Of a DNA stretch of 64,000 nt, positions 43,698 through 56,892 are shown one piece after another; the stretch's first letter is position 1; every line of letters starts with the position of its first letter. The stretch is from Macrostomum lignano. Lineage: Eukaryota. The translations under genes and the position numbers were made by a program. Location of the stretch: assembly GCA_002269645.1 (NCBI GenBank), contig NIVC01003637.1, positions 1 through 64,000 on the forward strand, given 5' to 3'. The notes beneath the pieces are model-generated. The model saw nothing but the letters and a program-made list of their open reading frames with translations, had not been told where the DNA came from and ran no database searches.

Positions 43698-44239
43698 CTC
43701 GGAAGAGAGATTCAAAAGTAATCTTTTCAGCGATTTTTTTGTTAACGACCTATTCAGAACATGTAGTAATCAAGTAAACTTTTCTTTGCCTGCGCTGCAG
43801 CTAATAAAGACACGCCAGCGTCAGGGGCCTCTGTTCCTACCTGGACTGGGCAACAAAATCCGGATGCAGAACAGCACAAAAAGTGTCCTTGGCTCAGTTT
43901 CAACTTTTCATCCAATTTTTTTATGACAGGCAATAGAGAAAGTGGCGCAGCTGAGGGGGGCATGCGGTGTCTCGGAAATGTCATCGAGAGCTGCTGTGCA
44001 GTGTGCAGGCGAAATCTTGGCTTCGGCACGGGAACACGCGGCTTTAGAGAAATTTCGAATTTGAAATGGCAAGCGGCCGGTGCGAGTCCCGCCGCGCACT
44101 CGATCCGGGCTGGCTGATGAAGAAGCGAAGAGGCTGGCCGCCCCCGCATGGAAGTTGGGCCGAGGAGCACTAATTATAGCTGCGATTTGGACTGCCCGCC
44201 TCTCCTTCAGCTAATGAGTTATTTTAATAAAATTTCTGA

Positions 44240-44510
44240 GCCAAAAAGCCTCCCAGATCCCCAGTTGCTGGGCCACGAGCCTCCCAAATTCTCTGTTGCT
44301 GAGCCACCAGCCTCCCAGATCCTCAGTTGCTGGGCCACCAGTCTCCCAGATCCTCAGTTGCTGGGCCAGCCTCCCAGATCCTCAGTTGCTGAGCCAGTCT
44401 CCCAGATCCTCAGTTGCTGAGCCAGTCTCCCAGATCCTCAGTTGCTGAGCCAGTCTCCCAGATCCTCAGTTGCTGGGCCACCAGCCTCCCAGATCCTCAC
44501 TTGCTGGGAC
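44240..44510 (+). repeat. Short minisatellite (CCTCCCAGATCCTCAGTTGCTGGGCCA...)n upstream of the MRLC gene
   Basis: About 9 degenerate ~27-31 bp units. Confidence 0.8.
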
Positions 44511-44800
44511 TTTATGAGTCAGCTTCCACTCCAGATTCTGCCACATCATAGCTCGCCTTGGCCCCATCGATTTGACGCCCGCAATCCAGCAGCAGCTGTT
44601 CCGCCGTCAGCCAATCCGGATGAAATCCGAGCCCGCGAAGCAGCCACTCGTCGGATTAATGTCTTCTGAGCCGCGGATAAAGGTTGGCGCAACAGACCGG
44701 GAGCTGCCGGATCCTCGATTGCTTTCTACTGGCAGACAGCGGCGGATCAGCACAGGACGCGACTTCTATTTCGAGTTGGTAGCAAAACAGTTACCTTGCA

Positions 44801-44836
44801 ATGGCCGATGATGTAAGTGATCTATCTATCTATCTC

Positions 44837-44887
<51 letters not shown>

Positions 44888-44888
44888 G

Positions 44889-44919
<31 letters not shown>

Positions 44920-44920
44920 G

Positions 44921-45004
<84 letters not shown>

Positions 45005-45005
45005 C

Positions 45006-45088
<83 letters not shown>

Positions 45089-45089
45089 C

Positions 45090-45130
<41 letters not shown>

Positions 45131-45131
45131 C

Positions 45132-45171
<40 letters not shown>

Positions 45172-46403
45172 GACTATCTATCTATCTATCTATCTACCTA
45201 TCTATCTATCTGTCTGCCCGCAGAAGCAAGAAGGCAAGCGCGCCCAGCGGGCCACCTCAAACGTTTTCGCCGCATTTTCGCAGACTCAGGTGCAGGAATT
45301 CAAGGAGGTGAGGCAGACTTAAAGAGCCGTACAGCAACTTGCCACCTCTGATTAGAACTGAGAATTGTTAAAAAGCTTCACCCACGACGATTGCAGGCCT
45401 TCACGATGATTGACCAGAATCGGGACGGCTTCATCGATGTGGAGGATCTGAAGGACATGTATGCCTCACTGGGTGAGCACCGGCGCTGCGACGAGAGATG
45501 AGACGCTAGATGAGAGATGAGATAAGAGATGAGAGATGACAGATAAGAGATGAAAGATGAGATAAGAGATGAGAGACGAGAGATGAGACGCGAGATGAGA
45601 GATTAGATGCGAGATGAGAGATGGGAGAGATGAAAGATACGAGTTGCGAGATGAGATGTGAGATGAGATGAGAGCTGAGATCTTGAGATGCGAGACTGAA
45701 GTCTACAATAGAACTCTACATGTATAATCGATATAACCTCCCGGATTGACCATCATAAGAAGACAATCTCTGGTCAGGCTTGCGAAACCATATAGCGAAC
45801 TCTGTGTTCAAATCTTCCCAATAATTGAAATGTCCGCCAAAACCCCCGCTCTCCCACAGGCCGGCAGCCCACCGACAAGGAGCTCCAGGAGATGCTCAAA
45901 GAGTCTCCCGGCCCGTTGAATTTCACCGCCTTCCTGCAGATCTTCGGCGAGCGGCTGACCGGCTCGGATCCCGAGGACGCCCTGCGAAACGCCTTCAAGA
46001 TGTTCGACGACGCGAACACAGGCATGCTGGACGAGGAATAGTGAGTGGCTCGGCTTGTTTTAATTAATTTTGCTCTTCTGAACAAATTTAGGCATCAATA
46101 TTCTTTACTTACCTACTGCCAGTAGTGTAGTTTGAAAATTAAAAAAACGCAATAATAAAATAACCCGCGGAAAATACAAGTTTAAAACAGAATTCCATCA
46201 GCTTCGCAAACAATGGAAGTTCTGCTTCAACCCCGTTAATTTTTTTTTGCAATTCCAGCTTCAAAGACCTGATGAAGAACATGGGCGACAACTTCAGCGA
46301 AGAGGAGATCCGCCAGACCTGGAAGGAGGCGCCAATCTCGGCGGGCAAGCTGGACTACAACAAGTTCACCAACCTCATCAAGCGCGGCAAGGATGACGAG
46401 TAA
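44801..46403 (+). CDS. MRLC: Myosin regulatory light chain (EF-hand); exons 44801-44812, 45224-45307, 45397-45472, 45860-46040, 46259-46403
   Basis: MADD|[28 protein letters not shown]|[26 protein letters not shown]|[49 protein letters not shown]...EY|[25 protein letters not shown]...[16 protein letters not shown]; all introns GT-AG and phase-compatible. Confidence 0.95.
44820..45210. repeat. (TATC)n microsatellite filling MRLC intron 1
   Basis: Direct inspection. Confidence 0.95.
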
Positions 46404-46828
46404 TTCTTGGAAAGTTCGGAAACGGGCAACACCGGAGACTGCCATATTTTATAGCGTTTTATACTTCGTTATTTCGATTTTACCGTAAACCTTTGGCCAA
46501 TAATCTTTTCCTACTTTATCAAATTTGTTGACTGCTTCTTGAGGAACTACATGTACGAGCTGTATTAACGACCGATTTCTTGGAAATCAAACCCGGAAAA
46601 ACTGGAATTAGGTCAAGCTTTACTTGACTAAATGCAGAACAACTTTCAAACTTAGGGTGAAGACCAAAGAATGTTTAGGCTAATGGACTGATTGATCAAG
46701 ACAAACCTGCTTTTAACAAAATTATGCACTCTCTAAAAATAAAACTTTACCCCCGGCTGCCGATGCGCAGTTTCTTAATCCGCAATTCGTGTTTTTAAAC
46801 AGGTCTTAGTTTTTGCGCTGCTGTCCAC

Positions 46829-46892
<64 letters not shown>
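46829..46892. repeat. (CTGT)n microsatellite
   Basis: Direct inspection. Confidence 0.9.
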
Positions 46893-47294
46893 CATCTATC
46901 CCTACCCAACAAAGATTATTTATGCCTGGGCGACAACCTGGACGGCAGGCTCGGATAATCAAATCAGCCATCTTGTGGTCACCGGCCAGCCAGGCAGAGT
47001 GCAGCAGTGGCAAGATGAGGCCGCTCAGCATCCTCGCATAGGCTATTAATTTCATCCTCCGGCCCTCTGAGCCTGACTCGATCCCAATTTTCTATCACAC
47101 GCTGTCATCGAGTTTGAGTCAAGTTTGTTATGGGTGCATCTGCCGTGCAGCAAACGTTTGCCTTTGCTCAAAGCAGTGGCCTTTCATTGCGTGCACAAGT
47201 GATTAATTAGACTTGAAAATTCGTTTCCAAATTGAACCTGTAGAAATTGTCTCTATGAGGGTATCAAGATCTCAAGAATTGCGTCAGGATATCT

Positions 47295-49787
47295 ATAGTT
47301 GGGTTTCAGGATGTCTATAGTTGGGTGTCAGGTCTATAGTTGGGTTTCAGGATGTCTATAGTTGGGTGTCAGGTCTATAGTTGGGTTTCAGGATGTCTAT
47401 AGTTGGGTGTCAGGTCTATAGTTGGGTTTCTGGATGTCTTTATGTATAGTTGGGTATCCGGATATCTATATTTGATTGTCAGGATGTCTATAGTCGATCG
47501 TGTCAGGATGTCTATAGTTGGATTTCAGGTCTATAGTTGGGTTTCAGGATGTCTATAGTTGGGTGTCAGGTCTATAGTTGGGTTTCAGGATGTCTATAGT
47601 TGGGTGTCAGGTCTATAGTTGGGTGTCAGGTCTATAGTTGGGTTTCTGGATGTCTTTATGTATAGTTGGGTATCCGGATATCTATATTTGATTGTCAGGA
47701 CGTCTATAGTTGGGTTTCAGGATGTCTATAGTTGAGTGTCAGCATGTCTATAGTTGAGTGTCAGGATGTCTATAGTTGAGAGTCAGGATATCTATATTTG
47801 ATTGTCAGGATGTCTATAGTTGGGTTTCAGGATGTCTATAGTTGAGTGTCAGGATGTCTATAGTTGAGTGTCAGAATGTCTATATTGAGTGTCAGGATGT
47901 CTATAGTTGAGTGTCAGGATGTCTATAGTTGAGTGTCAGAATGTCTATAGTTGAGTGTCAGGATGTCTTTATTGAGTGTCAGAATGTCTATATTGAGTGT
48001 CAGCATGTCTATAGTTGAGTGTCAGGATGTCTATAGTTGAGTGTCAGCATGTCTATAGTTGAGTGTCAGGATATCTATAGTTGAGTGACAGGATGTCTAT
48101 AGTTGAGTGTCAGGATGTCTATGTTGAGTGTCAGGATGTCTATAGTTGAGTGTCAGGATGTCTATAGTTGAGAGTCAGGATATCTATATTTGATTGTCAG
48201 GATGTCTATATTGAGTGTCAGGATGTCTATAGTTGAGTGTCAGAATGTCTATAGTTGAGTGTCAGAATGTCTATATTGAGTGTCAGGATGTCTATAGTTG
48301 AGTGTCAGGATGTCTATAGTTGAGTGTCAGAATGTCTATATTGAGTGTCAGGATGTCTATAGTTGAGTGTCAGGATGTCTATGTTGAGTGACAGGATGTC
48401 TATAGTTGAGTGTCAGGATGTCTATGTTGAGTGTCAGAATGTCTATATTGAGTGTCAGCATGTCTATAGTTGAGTGTCAGGATGTCTATAGTTGAGTGTC
48501 AGCATGTCTATAGTTGAGTGTCAGGATATCTATAGTTGAGTGACAGGATGTCTATAGTTGAGTGTCAGGATGTCTATAGTTGAGTGTCAGGATGTCTATG
48601 TTGAGTGTCAGGATGTCTATAGTTGAGTGTCAGGATGTCTATAGTTGAGTGACAGGATGTCTATAGTTGAGTGTCAGGATGTCTATGTTGAGTGTCAGGA
48701 TGTCTATAGTTGAGTGTCAGGATGTCTATAGTTGAGTGTCAGGATGTCTATAGTTGAGTGTCAGGATGTCTATGTTGAGTGTCAGGATGTCTAGTTGAGA
48801 GTCAGGATGTCTATAGTTGAGAGTCAGAATGTCTAGTTGAGTGTCAGGATGTCTATAGTTGAGTGTCAGGATGTCTATAGTTGAGTGACAGGATGTCTAT
48901 AGTTGAGTGTCAGCATGTCTATAGTTGAGTGTCCGGATGTCTATAGTTGAGTGTCAGCATGTCTATAGTTGAGTGTCAGGATATCTATAGTTGAGTGACA
49001 GGATGTCTATAGTTGAGTGTCAGGATGTCTATGTTGAGTGTCAGGATGTCTATAGTTGAGTGTCAGGATGTCTATAGTTGAGAGTCAGGATATCTATATT
49101 TGATTGTCAGGATGTCTATATTGAGTGTCAGGATGTCTATAGTTGAGTGTCAGAATGTCTATAGTTGAGTGTCAGAATGTCTATATTGAGTGTCAGCATG
49201 TCTATAGTTGAGTGTCAGGATGTCTATAGTTGAGTGTCAGAATGTCTATATTGAGTGTCAGGATGTCTATAGTTGAGTGTCAGGATGTCTTTATTGAGTG
49301 TCAGAATGTCTATATTGAGTGTCAGCATGTCTATAGTTGAGTGTCAGGATGTCTATAGTTGAGTGTCAGCATGTCTATAGTTGAGTGTCAGGATATCTAT
49401 AGTTGAGTGACAGGATGTCTATAGTTGAGTGTCAGGATGTCTATAGTTGAGTGTCAGGATGTCTATGTTGAGTGTCAGGATGTCTATAGTTGACTGTCAG
49501 GATGTCTATAGTTGAGTGACAGGATGTCTATAGTTGAGTGTCAGGATGTCTATGTTGAGTGTCAGGATGTCTATAGTTGACTGTCAGGATGTCTATAGTT
49601 GAGTGACAGGATGTCTATAGTTGAGTGACAGGATGTCTATAGTTGAGTGTCAGGATGTCTATGTTGAGTGTCAGGATGTCTAGTTGAGTGTCAGGATGTC
49701 TATAGTTGAGAGTCAGGATGTCTAGTTGAGTGTCAGGATGTCTATAGTTGAGTGTCAGGATGTCTATATTGAGTGTCAGGATGTCTA
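47295..49787. repeat. 20-22 bp minisatellite (GTCAGGATGTCTATAGTTGAGT)n, ~2.5 kb
   Basis: Direct inspection. Confidence 0.95.
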
Positions 49788-50384
49788 TAAATGTATATCT
49801 AGGAGATTGAAATTGAGAGCTACCTGAAAACATCAGTATGGGACATGCATATTGAGTTGCAAATCTATTGGCCGGTTGCAGTCATTGGCCAATGAAATAT
49901 TGATTAAAATAGCCTTACATCTGCATGTATAGATAAAGTATTCATAATGGCACGGGTGACACTGCATCAGTAAAGCGGCACTATTCAGCCATTTGAAACT
50001 CAAATCATAACTAATAAACCCGATGGCTATGCAAGAAGTGGCACTCATGATGGAGCCGCTGGACTATTGGACCAACAGGCGACTGAAGGGCACCGCATCA
50101 GCCAGCGACAACAGCGATGACTGCGCGGCCGGTGCTTCATCATCGGTGCCAATCGATGCTCAAGGATGCTGCAGAGACGACAGGAGCGGCAGAAGGATCG
50201 TCTGCTCAGCTCTGGTGCTGCTGCTCCTGCTCACTCTGCTGCTGCTGTTACTGCTGCAGAGGTCAGTAGAGGCCCGAATTAGTGGCGGCAACATCAAAGG
50301 AGGAGAAGGAACAGCGACTGTGACGATGAGTGCCTGCAATGAGACTGCGGACTGCTCTTGACCTGGGAATGGGGCCAACTGAGG

Positions 50385-51605
50385 TCACTGGATTAGAATG
50401 AAGGTCATTTGAGGTCACTGGACTAGGATGAAGATCATCTGAGGTCACTGGACTAGAATGAAGGTCACTTGAGGTCATTGGATTAGAATGAAGGTCATCA
50501 GAGGTCATTGGATTAGAATGAGGGTCATCTGAGGTCATTGGATTAGAATGGTCATCTGAGGTCATTGGATTAGAATGAAGGTCATCAGAGGTCATTGGAT
50601 TAGAATGAAGGTCAGTTGAAGTCATTGGATTAGAATGAAGGTCAGTTGAAGTCATTGGATTAGAATGAAGGTCATCAGAGGTCATTGGATTAGAATGAAG
50701 GTCAGTTGAAGTCATTGGATTAGAATGAGGGTAATCTGAGGTCATTGGATTAGAATGAAGGTCAGTTGAAGTCATTGGATTAGAATGAGGGTCATCAGAG
50801 GTCATTGGATTAGAATGAAGATCAGTTGAAATCATTGGATTAGAATGAAGGTCACCTGAGGTCACTGGACTAGAATGAAGGTCACTTGAGGTCATTGGAT
50901 TAGAATGAAGGTCATCAGAGGTCATTGGATTAGAATGAGGGTCATCTGAGGTCATTGGATTAGAATGGTCATCTGAGGTCATTGGATTAGAATGAAGGTC
51001 ATCAGAGGTCATTGGATTAGAATGAAGGTCAGTTGAAGTCATTGGATTAGAATGAAGGTCAGTTGAAGTCATTGGATTAGAATGAAGGTCATCAGAGGTC
51101 ATTGGATTAGAATGAAGGTCAGTTGAAGTCATTGGATTAGAATGAGGGTCATCTGAGGTCATTGGATTAGAATGAAGGTCAGTTGAAGTCATTGGATTAG
51201 AATGAGGGTCATCTGAGGTCATTGGATTAGAATGAAGATCAGTTGAAATCATTGGATTAGAATGAAGGTCACCTGAGGTCACTGGACTAGAATGAAGGTC
51301 ACTTGAGGTCATTGGATTAGAATGAAGGTCATCAGAGGTCACTGGATTAGAATGAAGGTTATCAGAGGTCACTAAATTAGAATGAGGGTCATCTGAGGTC
51401 ACTGGACTAGAATGAGGGTCACCTGAGGTCTTTGGATTAAAATGAAGTTCACCTGAGGTCATATGATCAGGATTAGAGACACTTAAGGTCATTGTATGAG
51501 GGTCACCTGAGGTCATTGGATTAAAACGAGGGTCGCCAAGATCATAAGATCAGAATTAGGGTCACCTAAGGTCATATGATTGCAATGAGGGTCATCTGAG
51601 GTCAT
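50385..51605. repeat. 30-bp (27-bp variant) minisatellite (GAGGTCATTGGATTAGAATGAAGGTCATCA)n with a higher-order duplication
   Basis: Direct inspection; the minus strand is open as (MTSDDLHSNP)n. Confidence 0.95.
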
Positions 51606-52914
51606 CGCAGACTCAGTCATTAGATATTTTAGTGCATGCACTTCTAAAAAGGCCTCAGAAGAGTGGACAGTATCTTGAGTCTAAATTGGTGCAATTTACT
51701 GTGACAGATAAACCCACAAGGACGGTGCAGATGTCCAACGATATGTATAATAAAGGACAAATTGTCATATCAATCATTAATTGTTCAAGTAATAAATTTC
51801 GAAAAAAAGTATTGATTAATTTCAATCACAAATATAATGATTGATTATGAATTGTTGTTTGTCCGATAAATGACCGTGACTAGAATTTTAATTTAATAAT
51901 AAATTAATATGTATATTTAATAACACGTACTACTGAATAAGCATATATATAAGTAGTTGCACAGCATGAAAGCATTAAAAAAGAAAATTAACTAAAAATA
52001 AAAATACTACTGGTGTAAAAGCGGGTTGGTAAATACTTGAAACAGAAGCTTTTAAGGCTAATTAATAATAGTAGCAAGGCAGCGCAGAAGCAGTTAAAGG
52101 AAATAAATAAATATTAATATAATTTCTAAAATAAACATTATAAAACATTCATGGAAGCTGAGCCATGAAAATTGTCGCTATTATTTAAAAATTCTGTAGA
52201 TAAGTCAATAGAAAAGCATACTGCACTACTTTTTTATTCTTGTGAGTAGAATACTTAGCGAATTGCAAGCGGTTTATTAAAAAAATAACAAAATTAATCG
52301 ATATGCACTTAACATACTACTAACAATATCAGCGCTCACATTCGAAAAAAACTGATTGCAAATGCCACATTAAAGAACAAAAAACCATAATTTACATACA
52401 CGTAAGCAGCAGAGCCATGTATGTTATGCACGCAAATTTTATGCCTAAATATTAGATATTTCTGAATATTTCCGCAAACTTAACTTAAACAAGATTTTTC
52501 TAATCTCACTACGAGATATCTAATCTCACTATGAAATTTCTAATCTCACTATTAGATTTCTAGTGTTACCATGAGATTGCAGCACTCAATAAAGTGATTT
52601 TAAATTAGCAGAGGAAAGCAAAATAATTTGGAGCTGCAAAAATCAATAAAACAAAATATAGTTATGACGACACAAAAATATTATTTTTCTGAACCAGAAA
52701 ATATGAACAAGCTTTCGAAAAGTGCTGACAGTTAATGACATTTGAAGGTCAGCCGGTCACACCTTGGAATTCCGCCGCCAAATGGAAGTGAACATGGACA
52801 CGAAACTGGGCATCACGAAAGACTGAAAAAGTGCAAAGGAGAGAGTAATGGATTACTAATGGCCCAGTTGTTACAGAATTACAGAAATTAAAAATAGAGT
52901 ACAGATAGGCCACC

Positions 52915-53450
52915 CCAGATTACAGAAACCCAAAACCAGATTACAGAATCGCCAATCCAGATTACAGAATCGCCACTCCAGATTACAGAATCGCCACTCC
53001 AGATTACAGAATCGTCACTTCAGATTACAGAATCGTCACTTCAGATTACAGAATCGTCACTCCAGATTACAGAATCGCCACTCCAGATTACAGAATCGTC
53101 ACTACAGATTACAGAATCGTCACTCTAGATTACAGAATCGTCACTTCAGATTACAGAATCGTCACTTCAGATTACAGAATCGTCACTTCAGATTACAGAA
53201 TCGTCACTCCAGATTACAGAATCGTCACTACAGATTACAGAATCGTCACTACAGATTACAGAATCGTCACTCCAGATTACAGAATCGTCACTCCAGGTTA
53301 CAGAATCGCCAATCCAGATTACAGAATCGTCACTCCAGGTTACAGAATCGTCACTTCAGATTACAGAATCGTCACTTCAGATTACAGAATCGCCACTCCA
53401 GGTTACAGAATCGTCCATCCAGGTTACAGAATCGTCCATCCAGGTTACAG
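52915..53450. repeat. 21-bp minisatellite (AGATTACAGAATCGTCACTCC)n
   Basis: Direct inspection. Confidence 0.93.
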
Positions 53451-53484
53451 AAACGCCACCGCATACTAAGCTACAAACTCTCAC

Positions 53485-56400
53485 CCTTCTATTGTGCCCC
53501 TCAGTCGCCGTGGCCTCATCAGCAGTCGCAGCCTCAGTCCTGGCCGCAGCAGTCCGAGAGTCCAGGCATTTCTGATAGCGCAGGTTGCAGGCAGCCTGCA
53601 CAGTTTTGCACAGAGCACCGCAGTCGGGTTCGCACCGGCACAGGTGACATTCGGAACAGCCGGCGGCATTTTGAAACACCAGCCCAGCCAGCTGCACAGA
53701 GCGCCTGCTGACGCCCATGAATCTCAGGAATCGAACCCGGAACTCCACCCGAGCGGGCAGACAGTCGTTAATCACGATGCTGATAGTCGATGGCGAGGCC
53801 ATCAATACAGCAGACTCGGCGGATTTCAACAGGACAATTGAGTCAATAGCCGAGTTGAGCTGGTCAATATCAATGCTAGAGGAGTTGGCATTGAGTCGGT
53901 GTTGGTCCATGAGACACGAGCCCAGGTACTGACAGGGCACACATTTCTGAGGCTCAGCCTGCGGCGTGGGGAACAGGGCGAGGCTGAGGGGACGGCGCCT
54001 ACCAGAGCTGGTAGAATTTGAATTAACCGATCCAGGCTCCGGTGATGAGGCTGGAGAAGCTGAGGAATTTGACGCGCTCATCATCATCATGAGCAGTTTG
54101 CAGCGGTGGCACAGGGCATTGGCCAGATTTGCGGCTGCGCTGCTGTCCGGCTGGCAGTGGAACACGTGACAGACAAATGCCCGGTTCGAACCCGGGCCCC
54201 CCACCTGTTCGCGGCTCACGTAGGCAAAATTTTGGCCAGAAGCTCCCCAGAGTCGGATGGAGAGCAGAGGCTGAGGCCGGGGAGAGTCCTTGGCCAGTGA
54301 CTGGCCAGGACAGTACGTGAGCAGTTTCCAGTCCAGCTGCAGATAGCTGTCAAGGACTCCCGCATCGGTTGGACTGCCTGGTGCTGCGGACACAGCTCGA
54401 ATGCACTGATTGACAGCTCGGCTGGACCGGTTTGAGCAGACAATATCCGAGTTGTCAACCCGGCGCCAGCCCAGGTAGCGAGCGCTAAACTGCAGTGACT
54501 CGGGTGACTCGGCAACGGAGGCTGCGGCAGCGGCTGATGAGCTCGAGGCCTCAGGTGATGCAGCTCGGGTTGAGCTGCTGGGCGCTGAGTCGGGTGGAGG
54601 GCTCTGCACCGGTGATGGGATGATGGCCGCTGCGTGAGGGTAGGGGGAGGCAGTCAGCAGGGACAATAAGTCAGTTATAAACCAGCGCATTTTAAGCTTA
54701 TCCACTCATGACCCAGTGACCTCAGATGACCTATCGGATTCAACAGAGACTACATGGTTACTGACCTCAGTCGACCCAAGACTACATAGTTACTGACCTC
54801 AGTTGACCCAAGACTACATAGTTACTGACCTCAATTGACCCAAGACTACATAGTTACTGACCTCAGTTGACCCAAGACTACATGGTTACTGACCTCAGTT
54901 GACCCAAGACTACATAGTTACTGACCTCAGTTGACCCACGACTACATAGTTACTGACCTCAGTTGACCCAAGACTACATAGTTACTGACCTCAGTTGACC
55001 CAAGACTACATAGCTGACCTCAGTTGACCCAAGACTACATGGTTACTGACCTCAGTCGACCCAAGACTACATAGTTACTGACCTCAATTGACCCAAGACT
55101 ACATAGTTACTGACCTCAGTTGACCCAAGACTACATGGTTACTGACCTCAGTTGACCCAAGACTACATAGTTACTGACCTCAGTTGACCCAAGACTACAT
55201 GGTTACTGACCTCAGTTGACCCAAGACTACATAGTTACTGACCTCAGTTGACCCAAGACTACATGGTTACTGACCTCAGTTGACCCAAGACTACATAGTT
55301 ACTGACCTCAGTTGACCCAAGACTACATAGCTGACCTCAGTTGACCCAAGACTACATGGTTACTGACCTCAGTCGACCCAAGACTACATAGATACTGACC
55401 TCAGTTGACCCAAGACTACATAGTTACTGACCTCAGTTGACCCAAGACTACATAGTTACTGACCTCAGTTGACCCAAGACTACATAGTTACTGACCTCAG
55501 TTGACCCAAGACTACATAGTTACTGACCTCAGTTGACCCAAGACTACATAGTTACTGACCTCAGTTGACCCAAGACTACATAGTTACTGACCTCAGTTGA
55601 CCCAAGACTACATGGTTACTGACCTCAGTTGACCCAAGACTACATAGTTACTGACCTCAGTTGACCCAAGACTACATAGTTACTGACCTCAGTTGACCCA
55701 AGACTACATAGTTACTGACCTCAGTTGACCCAAGACTACATGGTTACTGACCTCAGTTGACCCAAGACTACATAGTTACTGACCTCAGTTGACCCAAGAC
55801 TACATGGTTACTGACCTCAGTTGACCCAAGACTACATAGCTACTGACCTCAGTTGACCCAAGACTACATAGCTGACCTCAGTTGACCCAAGACTACATAG
55901 CTGACCTCAGTTGACCCAAGACTACATAGCTGACCTCAGTTGACCCAAGACTACATAGCTGACCTCAGTTGACCCAAGACTACATAGCTGACCTCAGTTG
56001 ACCCAAGACTACATAGCTGACCTCAGTTGACCCAAGGCTACATAGCTGACCTCAGTTGACCCAAGACTACATAGCTGACCTCAGTTGACCCAAGACTACA
56101 TAGCTGACCTCAGTTGACCCAAGACTACATAGCTACTGACTTCAGTTGACCCAAGACTACATAGCTACTGACCTCAGTTGACCCAAGACTACATAGCTGA
56201 CCTCAGTTGACCCAAGACTACATAGCTAACCTCAGTTGACCCAAGACTACATGGTTACTGACCTCAGTCGACCCAAGACTACATAGATACTGACCTCAGT
56301 TGACCCAAGACTACATAGTTACTGACCTCAGTTGACCCAAGACTACATAGTTACTGACCTCAGTTGACCCAAGACTACATAGCTACTGACCTCAGTTGAC

Positions 56401-56838
56401 CGAAGACTACATAGTTACTGACCTCAGTTGACCCAAGACTACATAGCTACTGACCTCAGTTGACCGAAGACTACATAGTTACTGACCTCATGGCCTAGGA
56501 CCTACCAACCGAGCCTCGCAATAAGTCCCAATAAGAGTCAATAAAAAGGCCCCAATGCTCACCTCCCCCGCCGCTGAAGTAGAAGCTCCTGGGCCTGCTG
56601 GGCTGGTCCCCGGGAGCGGGTGGATCCCGCTGAATCGTACCGGAAGGCACATGCCAGTAGTAGTCGCCAATATCGTCTTCGTGTCGCTCCCATCCGGCGG
56701 GCAGTCGCAGGCAGTAGCTGGAGGTCGGGCAGCTGCTCACCCCGCTGTCCGGAGAGCTCACCCGAGCTGGCTTGGCCTGTGCTCGCTGGGACTTTGCCAA
56801 TTCGGTGTCCGAGTTTAGACTCGGGCTTGAGGCGGAGG
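53485..56838 (-). CDS. APBB: Fe65/APBB-family adaptor (WW + two PTB/PID domains), partial model: exons 56563-56838 and 53485-54629; putative ATG-G micro-exon 59300-59303; putative last exon near 50263-50362
   Basis: LPAGWERHEDDIGDYYWHVPSGTIQRDPP (Fe65-type WW); QFSARYLGW...IRLWGASGQNFAYVSRE...FVCHVFHC (PTB1); RVRFLRFMGVSRR...CHLCRCEPDCGALCKTVQAACNLRYQKCLD (PTB2); phase-1 junctions compatible; terminal exons uncertain. Confidence 0.85.
54765..56488. repeat. 32-bp (28-bp variant) minisatellite (GACCCAAGACTACATAGTTACTGACCTCAGTT)n in an APBB intron
   Basis: Direct inspection. Confidence 0.95.
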
Positions 56839-56892
56839 CTGACAATTAAAGAAAAAATGAGCTTATTCGTATGCGGATAGAGCAGATAGTGT

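Noticed and set aside
44801-45322. 173-aa (YLSI)n ORF, similar ORFs at 58720-59014, and the G/P-rich ORFs at 61998-62604
   Set aside because: Translation artifacts of microsatellite or low-complexity DNA
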